Assembly (NCBI GenBank): GCA_000826855.1
Contig: JTLS01000010.1
Location: 1-53,245, forward strand
Source of the DNA: Basidioascus undulatus
Taxonomy: Eukaryota
DNA: 53,245 nt
Direction: 5' to 3'
Every line of letters begins with the position of its first letter. The stretch's first letter is position 1. A program made the position numbers and the translations under genes. Below the pieces are notes generated by a model, which searched no databases, was not told where the DNA came from, and worked only from the letters and a program-made list of their open reading frames with translations. This document shows, piece after piece, positions 37,350-49,092 of the stretch.

Positions 37350-38093
37350 GGAAAGCTTCGCATGGGGTTCAAGCTGAGGTCCAAGTCCAAGTGCCTCAGG
37401 CCGGGATCAATGTCAGTGCTCTCGCGAATTCCCACGCTGATATGACATCTGACAGATGTTGGCCAACGTGCAGAGTACTGGGTTGCCGCTTGTAGAACTG
37501 GCGCAAGATTGCACATTTTTTCTGGAAGCATTTACTCAAGTCTGAACTTTTCTTTCTTCGTACCGGTCGACAATGCGGTCGACTGACCGGCCTAGAGAGA
37601 GTCGACTGCAGGCAGCTTGACCAGTGACCTCTCTGGCTCCTCCTCACGTCCAGAACTCCCCACATTCGTTTATTTCCAGGTAGTGAGGATCAAGTAGATC
37701 TGCAGATTCAGGGAAAACGGTATAGGAATTGGATTCATGTTGAGCTGTAGGCACTCGATTAGGGCGGCTTGCATTGCGTACTCAGGCTCACTCGAAGTTG
37801 CTTCAGATCGGGACGCGACACTTATGTAATGTTGTGAACCAACATATATGTCCACATGATTGCTAAACTGCACAGCACTGCCCACACAGCAGGCAAATCC
37901 CACGACATGCGGACCACTCGGCCTAAAGATAACCCACGTGCATGCGGCTCAAGACAGTCAGTCTCCACAAGGCACTGCACACCTTTCCCTGCCACAACTT
38001 CTTGACTTTACGACCTTACCCCTCTCCATCCATCTCTCCAAAAATCAGCCAGTCCGCATCACTCAGATCTTGTTCACCCACCACATCGTTCGC

Positions 38094-39703
38094 ATGGAGA
38101 AGTTCTCGGATAAGCTCAGCACCGTCTCGCGGGCCCTCAACAGCCGCCGGCTGCTCGTGGTCGGAGCAGTGCTGCAAGGATTGGTGGTCATTACGGTAAG
38201 GGAGGCTACCTGAAGGGCGTTGATTGTGAAGTGGCGACGTGCTGAGCTTTTCCGCACCACAGCTCGTATCAGTGTGCTTCGGGTACACCGTGAAAGCGAC
38301 GAAGCCGTGCACTTGTCCACCCAGCATCTCTGTTTCCTTTCGATAGCTAAAGATGGGGAGCACAGGATAGCTCCACAGACCCAAACGATTTCCATATTCT
38401 TCTCTGCGTGTATCAAGTGGTACGGTGCTTGTCCTAGCACAGGCCCGGCGGCGCACTCATCCTGGCAGACGGGGGGATAGGCCCTTGACCCTCGATGCTC
38501 TGCTTGGACGAAATACAATGGAGTTGATGGGGCTGTGTATACTCGTAGGTCCCTTTAAATTTCTCTCATTCCCCAACAAGTCTGAGATCTTTTGTTCCCT
38601 GACAGAATCTTTGTCTTCTCATTTACTCTGGTCCGCCTCCCGCCCACTCCCTCCCCCTACAAACTTCCACTCAGTCTCTCACACCTCCTCACAGCTCTGC
38701 AAGTGAACCAAGACAAGGAGGCTCTCGCCGCCCGGAACAAGGGGACCGATCCGGTACTAACAACCTTCATGCTTCGGGAAGCCAGGGCGGCGTCATCCGC
38801 AGATTCTCACGTGCTGGGCAATCGAGAACAAGGTGAGGAAGACGCTGGAGGCTTTTGCCTTCTGGGAGGTTAGTCGCTAATAGTCCATGCAATAAGTTGC
38901 AGGAGTGTGAGCTGATCTCCGGTGTACGCTGCGCGCAGGTCACCATCATCGCGATCGTGTACAAGCTCTACTTCAAGTTTGGATGGGAGTCTTACAGAAA
39001 TGTGTTCTTCCTTCAATTTCCACCCGGTCTTGAGACTAATTGATAGGCCTCTATCTCCTTTACTATCTCGTGAGAAGGGACCTATTCTGATCAAGGAGAT
39101 ACGACCTTACTGAATCTGGCACGTCCATCCTCAGCTTCATCGTACTCGTGCTGCGCACTGGAAACGCAGCGCAGGGCGTTCCGGATCAAGCGACTTCGAG
39201 GCATGTGCATTTCCTTCTACCGCAGCGTTCCCAGATTGACCAAATGCCTTTTCCAGCTTGGTATAACTATTGGTACTTAGTCCCACTTTACAGGTGCAAC
39301 CGCAGTCGTTGACTCTCCTCTACAGCTTTTCTGCCCTCGGTCATTTTCGCCCTGGCTTCCGGCATTATCGATATCGGATGGGAGTCTGCGCTCCTAATGG
39401 TGCCTTTCGTGACTTTGAATGTATGGTGTTTTAAACCATTTTCGCTTTTTCAAGAGTCATTCGCAAGAACCCCGGCGACTGGCCATCCTCGCTCTTTCCA
39501 CTGGACGAGAACGGGCCCATCGATACGGGCCTGTACTCTTTCCCAATGTCGACTCTCCAAACCGCATCTCCTCCTCGAGCGCTGTCGGCTCCTCTTCAAC
39601 TGTAGCACCCGACAAGTGTCAGCCGGTGACAACTTCCGCCGGACCAGCAACCAACGCACTGTCTGACCCCCTCAGCCCTATTCCGAAGTTCCTCCGACAT
39701 TGA
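38094..39703 (+). CDS. UPF0658-like multi-pass membrane protein, possibly decayed in the 3' half
   Basis: Exon pieces AVLQGLVVIT, LTLDALLGRNTMELMGLCIL, ALQVNQDKEAL and YKLYFKFGWESYR resemble the recalled family pattern DAL..RN..QL.G and LY.EFGW. The downstream frame could not be reconstructed and the end coordinate is uncertain. Confidence 0.45.
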
Positions 39704-40099
39704 ACGCTGACGAGTAGGGTAGGGTCGTGACGACGAGGACGAGGGTGAAAACGCCCAGAGTGACCAGCGTCGCTTTGGACGTGCTGTACCGCTCGGCCCA
39801 GTGCGTGAGGAAGAGCGTGGCGAAACGCTGTGAGAAGAAGGTGAGGGTGCGGATCTGCGCGGGGCGTGAATTGAAACGCTATGCGGACATTGGCCTCTCA
39901 CATTAGCTGCATATATTCTGCTCTTTACTTATTGGCATAGCAGACATGGTTTCTTTGCTTACGCCAGTCATGCGGCAGCTCGAGATGCAAGCTTGCCCGA
40001 TCGCTGGAATCGGTCGAACAGCCATGATCACAAAGACATAGCAACGTGAGCGCTGGGGTTCTCAACAACCACAAAGGCAGGTATTTCGCAAAGGCCCAT

Positions 40100-40926
40100 C
40101 TGGGGGACCTCAAAGGCAGACGAAGAAGCAGGGGATGCTTGGTGTTGGCATCAATCTTCATTTGAGCAATCACGAAGCGAAATGGTACACGTTTGGGAAC
40201 GCCTCCCGTATGAGGTCGCACAAAATCCTAGACCCGGCTGTTCTCGTAGTGTGCAATCTCAGCCGTCTTGTGGTCCGAGTCCCCTTCGCAGTTGACTGAG
40301 ATTTCCTGAGGCCGGGGTAGCATGAAGATGTCGAGGGAGGCTTGTTCCGGACCGTCAAATACAAGAGTTACTGTAGACGTACGGTGCACGGAGAGCCCCA
40401 GTGTCAAAATGTCAGTTACACGAGCTATGCAGGCAGGGCAACGCTGCCAGGGTGGTGCCGAGTAGCTGTGACGGCTCACTGTCGCTAAGCGTCACAATTC
40501 ACCGTGAGCGTCTCCGAGAGAGATATGCTGTAGGCGATGGAGTAGCCCTAGTGCTTTAAGCAGCTTATCAAGTGTCGAACACGTTGGGTGGTAACCGAAG
40601 TTGAAAGAGCAGAAGATGGCTCTGAGAAAGCAAAGGCAACGTAAGATCATGATGCATCCACCCTCGGACTGTATACATGGCTTCTCTACTGACCATATAA
40701 CCTGTCGCAGCTTCGGATTACTCTATACTTCATCGGCAAAATGCGCCATAGCGTCCTCTGCAACGCGAACGCCGCGCTCAAAGACTTTCGGTAGCAGGAC
40801 GGTGCGAGTCCTTGAATCCACGCATGATAGGGATTCGAGAGTGGCCTTATGGCAGAAGTCTCCGATCAGGTGAAGCAGCTCTGCCGGGAGGCAATGGAGC
40901 GAAGGCGTCGAGGTTTCGAACGGCAA
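40100..40926 (-). pseudogene. F-box protein relic
   Basis: SLHCLPAELLHLIGDFCHKATLESLSCVDSRTRTVLLPKVF is an F-box pattern. An in-frame TAG at 40723 interrupts EV*SNPKLRQVI. No ATG start was found and the downstream boundary is approximate. Confidence 0.5.
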
Positions 40927-41570
40927 CTGGCGCGAGTCAGAACATCAAGTAACAGAGGACGTGGCATCTGTGCACATTGAGGGCGATGCTAAGAGGTTAA
41001 GCGGATGGGAGAGAGGGATTACGGGAGGGATGGAGTATGATGTTTGGGCGGGCGTTGGCGAGAGTCTCTATGAGGTGGTGATGGCAGCGGGTAAGGAGAC
41101 TCAAGCGGGCCGGAGACTGTCTGCGGTCAGTCGCAGCACGGAGACGCGGAGTTGCGATGCTTCAATATAATTTTATTGGACAATTTGGGATATCGAATCC
41201 CCCTTTCCTCCAACCCTAAGAACTGAAGCTGTTTATGGACCATGGTTCAGGCAGCATGGCCGCAGGACAGCGTCGTGTCGGATGGCTCGTTGTGCAAAGA
41301 AAGGACCCAGGTTAAGTGCACCCGAAAGATGCGATTATGGACATTCGACCTGGATAGCTTTCGAGACTGGCAACAGGCCGCCAGCCCCTATAGCACAGCC
41401 TGTCAGCCACGCGCCTGGTTCACTCGCTGCCACCCGCTTCAGGAGCTGGACTGGGAATTCATTTTAGGCGGCAACGCCCTACATCTCCTTCTTTTCTCGA
41501 TCACCACTTTTCTCGATCCACCAAAGCCTACCTCCCTGCCTTCAGTCGTCCGGCCGACCCCCTCCAAGAT

Positions 41571-42440
41571 ATGAGTAGGAATGCTCGAAATTTCTTTGAC
41601 ATGCACCCCGTGATACCTTCACTCCAACAGGTCCACGTCTTGCAACCTTCTCGTCGTTGGGGATGAAGGATGCGGAAAGACATGTCTCCTGTTCGTCTTC
41701 ACCAAAGGCTTGTTCCCAGAGTTACGTGGCAGTTCTTCCTGTCTTCATAGTGTCATTGCTGCCTCGTAAGATGTCCGGAACGTGGAACGCAGACGCGTTA
41801 TGGCCGTGCTTACTCCCCACAGGTGTTCATCCGCTTCCGGGAGTCTCCTCGCGATGTTGAGGTTGACGAGCGGAAGGTCGAACTTACCCTGCGAGGACAT
41901 TTCTTTGCTCCATCAACTCAGCGAAGTAATGTAAATAGTTTTATTCACATGAAAAAGGGGGGGCGCGCCTGGCTTGCCGGAAGACTGCTGTTTGCGCGCG
42001 CTTTCGTACCCGGAAAGCAATATTGTTCTCATCTGCTTCGCTGTGGACTCGCCCAGTTCGCTCGCCAACGTCGAGGAGGAAGTATGAGCCTCGCCTCTTG
42101 CAGGTCTTCTCCAACAAGCTCAAATATGAACACTCCGGTGCGGCAGTGGCTTCTTGAGGTCACGCAGTGCAGCCGCCCCAGCATCCCTGTCGTTCTACTC
42201 GGATGCAACACGAACCTTCGTCAAGACCCTAAGCAGTTGAGGAGCTGGGCAAGCTCGGCCTGCATCCCGTAACTGCAGAAGAGGCGCCCCCTTATGAAAT
42301 CTCTCCGCTGAGAGCACGCAACCTTGACAATCCCATCACAGGATCAAGCCGTGGCGCGGAAGATGGGCGCCCTGCATTATCTGGAGTGCTCGGCTCGCAG
42401 GAACGAGAGATGAAGGAGGTCTTTCAGTGCGCTCAGGAAG
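41571..42440 (+). pseudogene. Divergent Rho1-like small GTPase, frameshifted
   Basis: LLVVGDEGCGKTCLLFVFTKGLFPE; DVEVDERKVELTL; LRALSYPESNIVLICFAVDSPSSLANVEEE; PSIPVVLLGCNTNLRQDP; VARKMGALHYLECSAR. Frameshifts near 42232 and 42409; no CAAX end seen. Confidence 0.85.
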
Positions 42441-43308
42441 AGGGAGTGTGTCATTTCCTGATTTGAATGTACACATGGCACACGCTCCAAGGCCAGATCA
42501 GGTCCAACTATGCAGTGCACACCATGCCGCATTCATGAATGCTCTCAGCCCGGCCTGTCCCAAGACCATGTCGAGCGAGCGCGCTGCGCACCTCGACGAG
42601 CTCGTCCTGGTATTTGGTGAAACCTCACTGGGTTTGTTGCCGTTTACTGGTCGGGAAGGAGAGTACGGTCAGCGAAGCGCGATCGCTCCCTACAGCCCAG
42701 CGACTGCACTTGGGCTGCATGGACTTTGTCTGCGCAGTTGCTCGGCTTGCCGGTTTGTTCTGAATAATTCAAGACGCATAACCACGATGAGCTTGATGCG
42801 AGCATGGGCCTCACGAGTGCCGGACGTCAAGGGGCCTGAGGCTGATCTCAGCGCCTGAGGCTCGACCCGCACTCAAAACGACCACCATTGCCTCTCGTCC
42901 GCTTTTCCGCTACGACGCGCCACACACACGAATGTGGTTAAGTATCGATTGGTATCGACGACTTCGCTTTGAATGGAAGGTAAATGTGAGATCTGGAGGA
43001 CACCGAACGCCACAGTCGCCCGAGTACTTTAACGTCGAGGGAGCAGAATCGAGCTTTCGCCGCAACCCCCGTCTGAGCTGCATTCCGGCCTCATGAAGCG
43101 CGACGACGGGCCATTCCTGCCCTTCACCCTCGTATTCTTCATCAGCCTCTGAAATATTCTCATTTACATACACCTTCTACGACGCATCTCTCGTGTCGCA
43201 TCATGCCTTGTTTCGCGCCGGCGACACCACTACCGGAGCAAATAGACTCCCCGTGGAGGATGAAGCGTGCCGGGAGACCAACACTACCGTCTCTGCTTCG
43301 TGCCTACA

Positions 43309-44490
43309 ATGGAGGACAGCGGGAGTCCCGGGGTCGTCCTGATGCTCGGAGACAGGTATGTCGGTTGTGCTGAACCACGAGGTTCGGTTGACTGAACGCA
43401 TAGGCTCGGGGCATCCGATTCAATTTCGCAGCCTGACCCAGTTCGGGTGGACCGAGGGCGGAGTAGGCGCTTTGCTCAGCTGTAATTCTTTGTTGGGTCA
43501 GCCCCAAGGGACGGTTCTGGCCCAGCGTGCTGATATTCTTTTGGCAGCGTGGTATGCGCGCAAGCTGGACGTTCTGAACCGCGGGTTTGGCGGCTACAAC
43601 ACGAAGTCCGCCGCAGGGGTCTTGGACCAGGTGCGACTTCCCGTCAAAAGCATTTCCGAGAATAAAAAATGGAAGGCGTCGGAGGCTTTGGTCGGCACAT
43701 CACTGAGACTTATTTCGATGTGCTGTCAGGTCTACCACTCCCTTGCGCAAAGCCTTCAAAATCAAACTGGTCACTGTCTGGATAGGTCAGTCCCTCCAGT
43801 TTCCAACTCTCTGTCTAAGTCATCGCTTACAAATTGGCTGCACATACAGGTCAGACCGACGCTACGTACATGTTCATGCATGTAAGCTGGGCGCACCTCC
43901 GCTGGACATCACAGTCTCGCTGAGTATCGTCCTGTCGTCCCCAGCTCGAGCCTTCAGAATACGCGGATAACCTGCGACATATTGTCCAAACTATTTCACC
44001 CTACCCGCGCATCTTCCTCATCACACCCCTTCCAATCGACCCCGCTTCGGCAGGCAACCGCACGTTGAACTGGGGAACGGGCGCGCACGCTGAGGCGGCT
44101 GTGGCTATGGGCAAGGAGTTCCATGTGCCAGTGCTGGACCTTTACACGTTCATATCCGAGCGTCCGGAGAGTTCGGGACGACTTCAGATAGATGGAGTGC
44201 ACCCGAATAAAGCTGGGTATAGAGTGCGTTTCATCTATATCGAAGCGCTCCTTCCTCCTTCAAGTGCTGACTGTGCACTCCTGTCCTCACGCAGGTCATT
44301 TTCGATCTCCTAGCACATAAGATAAAGGCCGAATGGCCGGAACCAAATTCTGCGGCTGTGCCAGAGTTCTACCCTCCGTGCGTACAAATACTCTGCCATC
44401 AGATGTCCGTTTTCGTTTCCTCAAATTTTTCACCGTCCGACGCGGCAGATGGCCTGCCTTGTGCCACGTTCCCACTTTAATCCCTCGATA
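43309..44490 (+). pseudogene. IAH1: SGNH/GDSL esterase, IAH1-like (probably disrupted)
   Basis: LMLGDS|LTQFGW, WYARKLDVLNRGFGGYNT, KIKLVTVWIG, RIFLITPLPI, QIDGVHPNKAGY and IKAEWPE. The exon starting at about 43730 appears out of frame, and block III reads GQTDA instead of GANDA. The 3' end is approximate. Confidence 0.7.
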
Positions 44491-45028
44491 CCATAAATAA
44501 TTTCATAAACTTTGGCCAACTGTTCCCAATGCAGGCATTTCACCGATTGGCGAACAGCCCAAGGAGACTGTGCGAAATCTTGGCGGGGCAGTCGTCGAAA
44601 GTGACCGGCCGTAGTACCAGCAAGCGAAGAGGAACTGCAAGAAGGCCCCATCACGAGGTTGTAAGCTGGACTACGGCGGTGGAGGGCGGTGATACTTCAC
44701 AGTGAGCACAAACAATCAGAAGTGCCGCCCAGACCCAGATTGGCCGGGGTGCGTGAGTTGAAAAGCTTTGAATCCGAAATGAGTGAAGCGCTAATAATCT
44801 GAAGTAGAGCGGAGCTCTTTAAACGAGAGTGACGAGAGACCATGGCTCAGAGGGGGCTTAGTGCCGCACACCGTCTCGGGGACGAGACAGAGACTCGCGC
44901 CGAAAAAGCCCCTTTCCTGCGCATTCCCATAGCTGTACGCCTTGCGCAAGAAGCTCAAGAAAAGGGATGGAAAATGAGTGAGGGTAGGTGAGCACTGCTG
45001 ATGTGAATGCAAATCAAGCGAACTACGG

Positions 45029-45092
45029 CCAGTCCAGTCCAGTCCAATCCAATCCTGTCCCAACCTCCCGTCCCAACCTCCCGTCCAACCAA
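45029..45092 (+). repeat. Simple repeats (ccagt/ccaat)n and (cccaacctcccgt)2
   Basis: Visible directly, downstream of COA3. Confidence 0.7.
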
Positions 45093-45134
45093 ACCCATCT
45101 TGTACCCATCGCCTAGGTATCCAATGTCAACCCA

Positions 45135-45810
45135 TTAAACAACCCTCCTTCCCTCCGGCTCCGAGCGCTCGCCCAATTTCCCAACCCGATCCACATCTGG
45201 CGCGACCCACACGATGGCGTTCCCGGTCTTGGCATCCGCGTAGCCGTACCGGCTCAATACGCGCGCGAGGACGCCCCGATGCGGAACGGTGTCCACCGCG
45301 AATGCGGGCGCGGGAACAGGAACAGCGGTAACAGCAGTGGGTGCAGAGGTAGGGGGAGGGATTGCGGCTGAGAGTGAGGCGGCGAGGGGTGCGGGAGCGG
45401 GAGGAGCAGTGGGGTAAGGGGTGACAGAGGAGGTGGAAGATTCAGGAAGGACAACATCCTGTATTGTGGTGGGGGAGATGCAAGAGGATTCAAGGAATGT
45501 CAGAACCGCCACATTGCCCCTTTCGGAAGAGAAGACGCACCGAGAAGTCGTCCTGCTTAACTGCCGAGATGGAGTAGGCGTACACGCCCACCGCGAACCC
45601 CATCACAATCACACCCGTGATGGTGTTCCGGATGACGAAGGGTGCGCGAGCACGACGAAGGCCATCGGAGATGCCCTGCACGAATCCCTCACAGTCAGAC
45701 CCAGAGGGGAAGGAAGCATGGGGTTGCGTGGCAATGCCGGGACGTACATAGCCCCCCTGAGGACGATAGGACGCTGCGGCGCGCCGCTCGAATGTAGAAG
45801 TGCGGTCCAT
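45135..45810 (-). CDS. COA3: Cytochrome c oxidase assembly factor 3 (Coa3/CCDC56)
   Basis: Two introns. The spliced reading SYRPQGGY|GISDGLRRARAPFVIRNTITGVIVMGFAVGVYAYSISAVKQDDFS|DV matches the Coa3 pattern RAR.P...N...G......GVY.Y.I.AV.QDDF.D. Confidence 0.85.
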
Positions 45811-46359
45811 TATACGTGGGAGTGTTGAGTGTGGCTACGGTAAGGGAAGGGAAGGGAAAGGGAAGGCGTAAGGGCAAGAGCGGCCGGCGGCGATCGTGCC
45901 TTCCGGTCCCTGACAATCCCTGACATCCACGGATTTTGTCCACGGATCGTCCCCGGCCATGTGGCCAGTCAGGACAACTGGATGTTGACAGCTTTGTAAC
46001 TTCCAATCGGACAAAAATCTCAAGAGTTTGTTTAATTGGACTTTCGTTACGCTGGAGGCTTGGAACTACCGCTGCGGAGACGATCACCGCTCGCGGAGAC
46101 CGTTGAGCCTGAGTCCCCTTTCCAAGTCATTCTCACTGCGCAGTGTCAGCTGGTTGAGGAGAGAGGCTGGAGGCTAACAAATGAGCGCTTTTAAATATTT
46201 TTCCTCAGTAGGTCGCTGCGGTGCAAGATCAGTACGAAAAGCTGTTGTCAGCCATCAGCAGACAATGGCACTGAGCTTCGACGCAGAGCAGAGAGGTGGT
46301 GTCGCCGACAAGCATCGGGCCGTGCGCTGTGATGATAAGTGCATTTGAGAAAGGAACGC

Positions 46360-46583
46360 TCGAACAATGGTCCATCACGTAACTATAAATGAATTGTGCA
46401 GAGAGGTAAGGCAAGGATCTGGTCTGAGAGCCCAAACAAGATGCACGCGACGCTCGCCGCAGCGCTTGCTTTCATCAGCAGCACTTCCTCACTCCGCTCC
46501 TCGAACTGACGAACGCTTTCCCTCGCTGTGTGATCTAATCACAAAGAGACCCCCTCAATCTCAACATGTGCACAACTGAAACA
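46360..46583 (+). promoter_or_regulatory. Possible pheromone-response/HMG-box motifs upstream of STE3
   Basis: AACAAT at 46363, ACAAAGAGA at 46541 (one mismatch to the Ustilago PRE ACAAAGGGA) and TGAAACA at 46577 (Ste12-type PRE). These are short motifs and could be chance. Confidence 0.2.
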
Positions 46584-46717
46584 TGTACTGGCTATGGGTC
46601 TGCGATGGCCTTTTGTGCTTACATCGCCAACATCGAGCCTTGAAAATGAGCAGTTTGCTCGCAGCCCCCCCGCTGTTTCCCATTCTGCCCCGCCACCACA
46701 GTCTTTCTCGTTTGACA

Positions 46718-48370
46718 ATGTCACCAACGCCTAGCCAGGTCCTCCTTCCCTTCATTTCTCTTCTCAGCCTCTTCTTCTGCATCCTACCCCTACCCTGGCA
46801 CTGGCGCGCTCGCAACGTCGGCACGCTCGTGCTCGTGGCATGGCTCGTCACGTCGAACATTATCCATCTAGTCAACACCATCCTATGGCCCAACGACCAC
46901 GTCAGCATCATCGCCCCCATATACTGCGACATCAGTGCGTTATATTTTACAGTCTGCGCGGGCCTACCTCTCACTTTCCGCATCATTTCCGCTGGCTACA
47001 GCGACCAAGATCATATTCGGGGCCACTACCGGGGTGACTGCCGCCGCATTGTGCATCACGTATGTCTTGCGCCATTGTCGTCAGCCCCACCTGTCAATCC
47101 CATCTTACATATCCAAAAAGCCGTAACTTGGCGGAAATCGCATCCACCCGTTCGCTCGGGATCACCAAGAGCGAGAGAAAACGACAGGTCATCGGCGACC
47201 TCCTGCTCGGCTTGGGACTTCCGGCATTGGTCATGATTCTCCACATCATCGGTAAGTTTCTGCCCATCATCCCCAAAGTTATCCACACGCTGAAACTCCC
47301 GTGCTCAGTCCAAGGTCATCGATTCGATATCTTCGGTGGGGGGCTTGGCTGCAACGCCGCGTTGTACGCCAGCTGGCCGACGGTCGTCCTCCTCTGCTTG
47401 CCCATTCTGCTCGCTTGTATCGCTTGTGTCTACGCAGGTGAGTTTTTACAACTCTGACTATCTATTTCTCTTGATCTTACGTGTACCCCTACAAATCATG
47501 TCAGGTATCGCGATACGCTTCTTCGTCAATCACCGTGCCCAGTTTGGCACATTGCTGCAATCGTCCAAAGCGTGCCTCACCGCTTCACGTTACTTCCGCC
47601 TCATGGGACTCGCCGGCTGCCTTGTTCTCGCCAACCTCGGTACACAGCTTTACAACTTAGCAATCATACTCGCTGTCACAGGCCTCAACCCATACAAGAG
47701 CTGGGACTACGTCCACGCTGTCAGTCGATTCTTTCGCTCTGTCGCTCGCTCGAAGGTCCCAAACCCCACTAAACCGCTGCCACAAACAGGATTTCGGCTT
47801 CGTCGGGCAAATACCCAGGTCTTTCATGCCTGACAATGTATACAGTGGGTTTTTGGTGTAGGTCAGACTGCATTTTCTTCAAAAGACGCAGCCTGACGTC
47901 CTTCTCAAAACAGTCAGTGGAGCTTCGTTCCCGTCGCCAGCACGCTCTTCTTTCTCTTCTTCGGTAAGTTATGAAATAACATCAAGATTTAAGGCTGCTC
48001 TGACCCCTTTATCCAGGAATTGGGCACGAGGCGCACAAGGAGTACCGCAGCTGGGGACTTTCTGCCAAGCGACTGCTTCGTCTCGACAAGGTGCTCGCTC
48101 GGGTGTCTACCCGCAAGAGCAACAAGTGAGCACTACCAACATACCTAGTTCTCTTCAGCTAGGTCTGACACTTGCGCCTCACACTTCAGCATTATCATCC
48201 AGCGCGAAACCATCACCGACTTTGGCGACGTTCGGGTCGTCGTCGCACCTCTGCACTCGTGGGATGCCCTGGGGAGCTCCGCTTCACAAGTTTCCACATT
48301 GTCAGAGAAGTGGGAAAGTCCGACGGAATGGGAAAAGAACCCCGATAAGAACGGCTACGAGATGGCTTGA
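46718..48370 (+). CDS. STE3: STE3-type pheromone receptor (7-TM GPCR)
   Basis: ILPLPWHWRARNVGTL, IAPIYCDI, AAALCITRNL, DLLLGLGLP, VQGHRFDI...GC, SRYFRLMGLA, YKSWDYVHADF and FFLFFGIGHEA. Eight GT-AG introns give an open frame to TGA at 48368-48370. Confidence 0.95.
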
Positions 48371-49092
48371 TGTGGTTCACCTATACGGACGGTTGTCACT
48401 ATGTTCACTACTGGCTTTTATCCGTCCCTTCCCTGTAGTTACATTTGTAAATGGAGATAGTTGTTTAGTTTAGTTCACGCTTTTCCTGGCCTACTTGAGG
48501 GGTGCATATTCACAATATGCGCCGCATCCAGCAATACCACTTTCGCATCACTTCTGGTAACCCACTGGACGAAGCAGGCAAAGTTTGGAAGCAAACGACA
48601 GTGCGGGCAGGCAGGCACACAGTGAATTCATTCTGCTTGTGGGGTGCGGCGAGAACCAGAGGGTGCGAGAGAGCACGATGCGGTAGAGCGCGACTAGTGT
48701 TGATTGAGATTACTGACCGGCGACGGCGATGCGATGGGGAGCGTAGACAAGGCTGTGTATTGAGCAAGAAAGAGTGTACGGTGGAGCGGCGGCAAAATGG
48801 AGGCAGATGTCCGTTGTATTTAAATTTGCCTTTAAGTAATCAAGCAATGGGCTCAAGAGGGGGGAAAGGATGGGTGGTATCGCTGCTGAAGGAGTGTGGG
48901 TTGCGGTCGTCGCAAGGAGTAAAAAGAAATGGATGCGAGCCCGAGGGAGAGGGAACGAAAAGGTCGAGCTCGATGCTTATTTTACGCTGAGGCTCGGGGG
49001 CCGCTTTTGCACGAGAAAAAACCGCGTGAGGGATAAACTGGAAAGGACGAGGTAGGCCGAAGTGAAAGAAGTTGGGGAACGTCGCACGTCGC

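Noticed and set aside
48748..48800. GCVLSK...CTVE resembling Rhodotorula-type pheromone repeats next to STE3
   Set aside because: There is no repeated peptide and no terminal CAAX, and it lies in the probable PUF3 3' UTR region.
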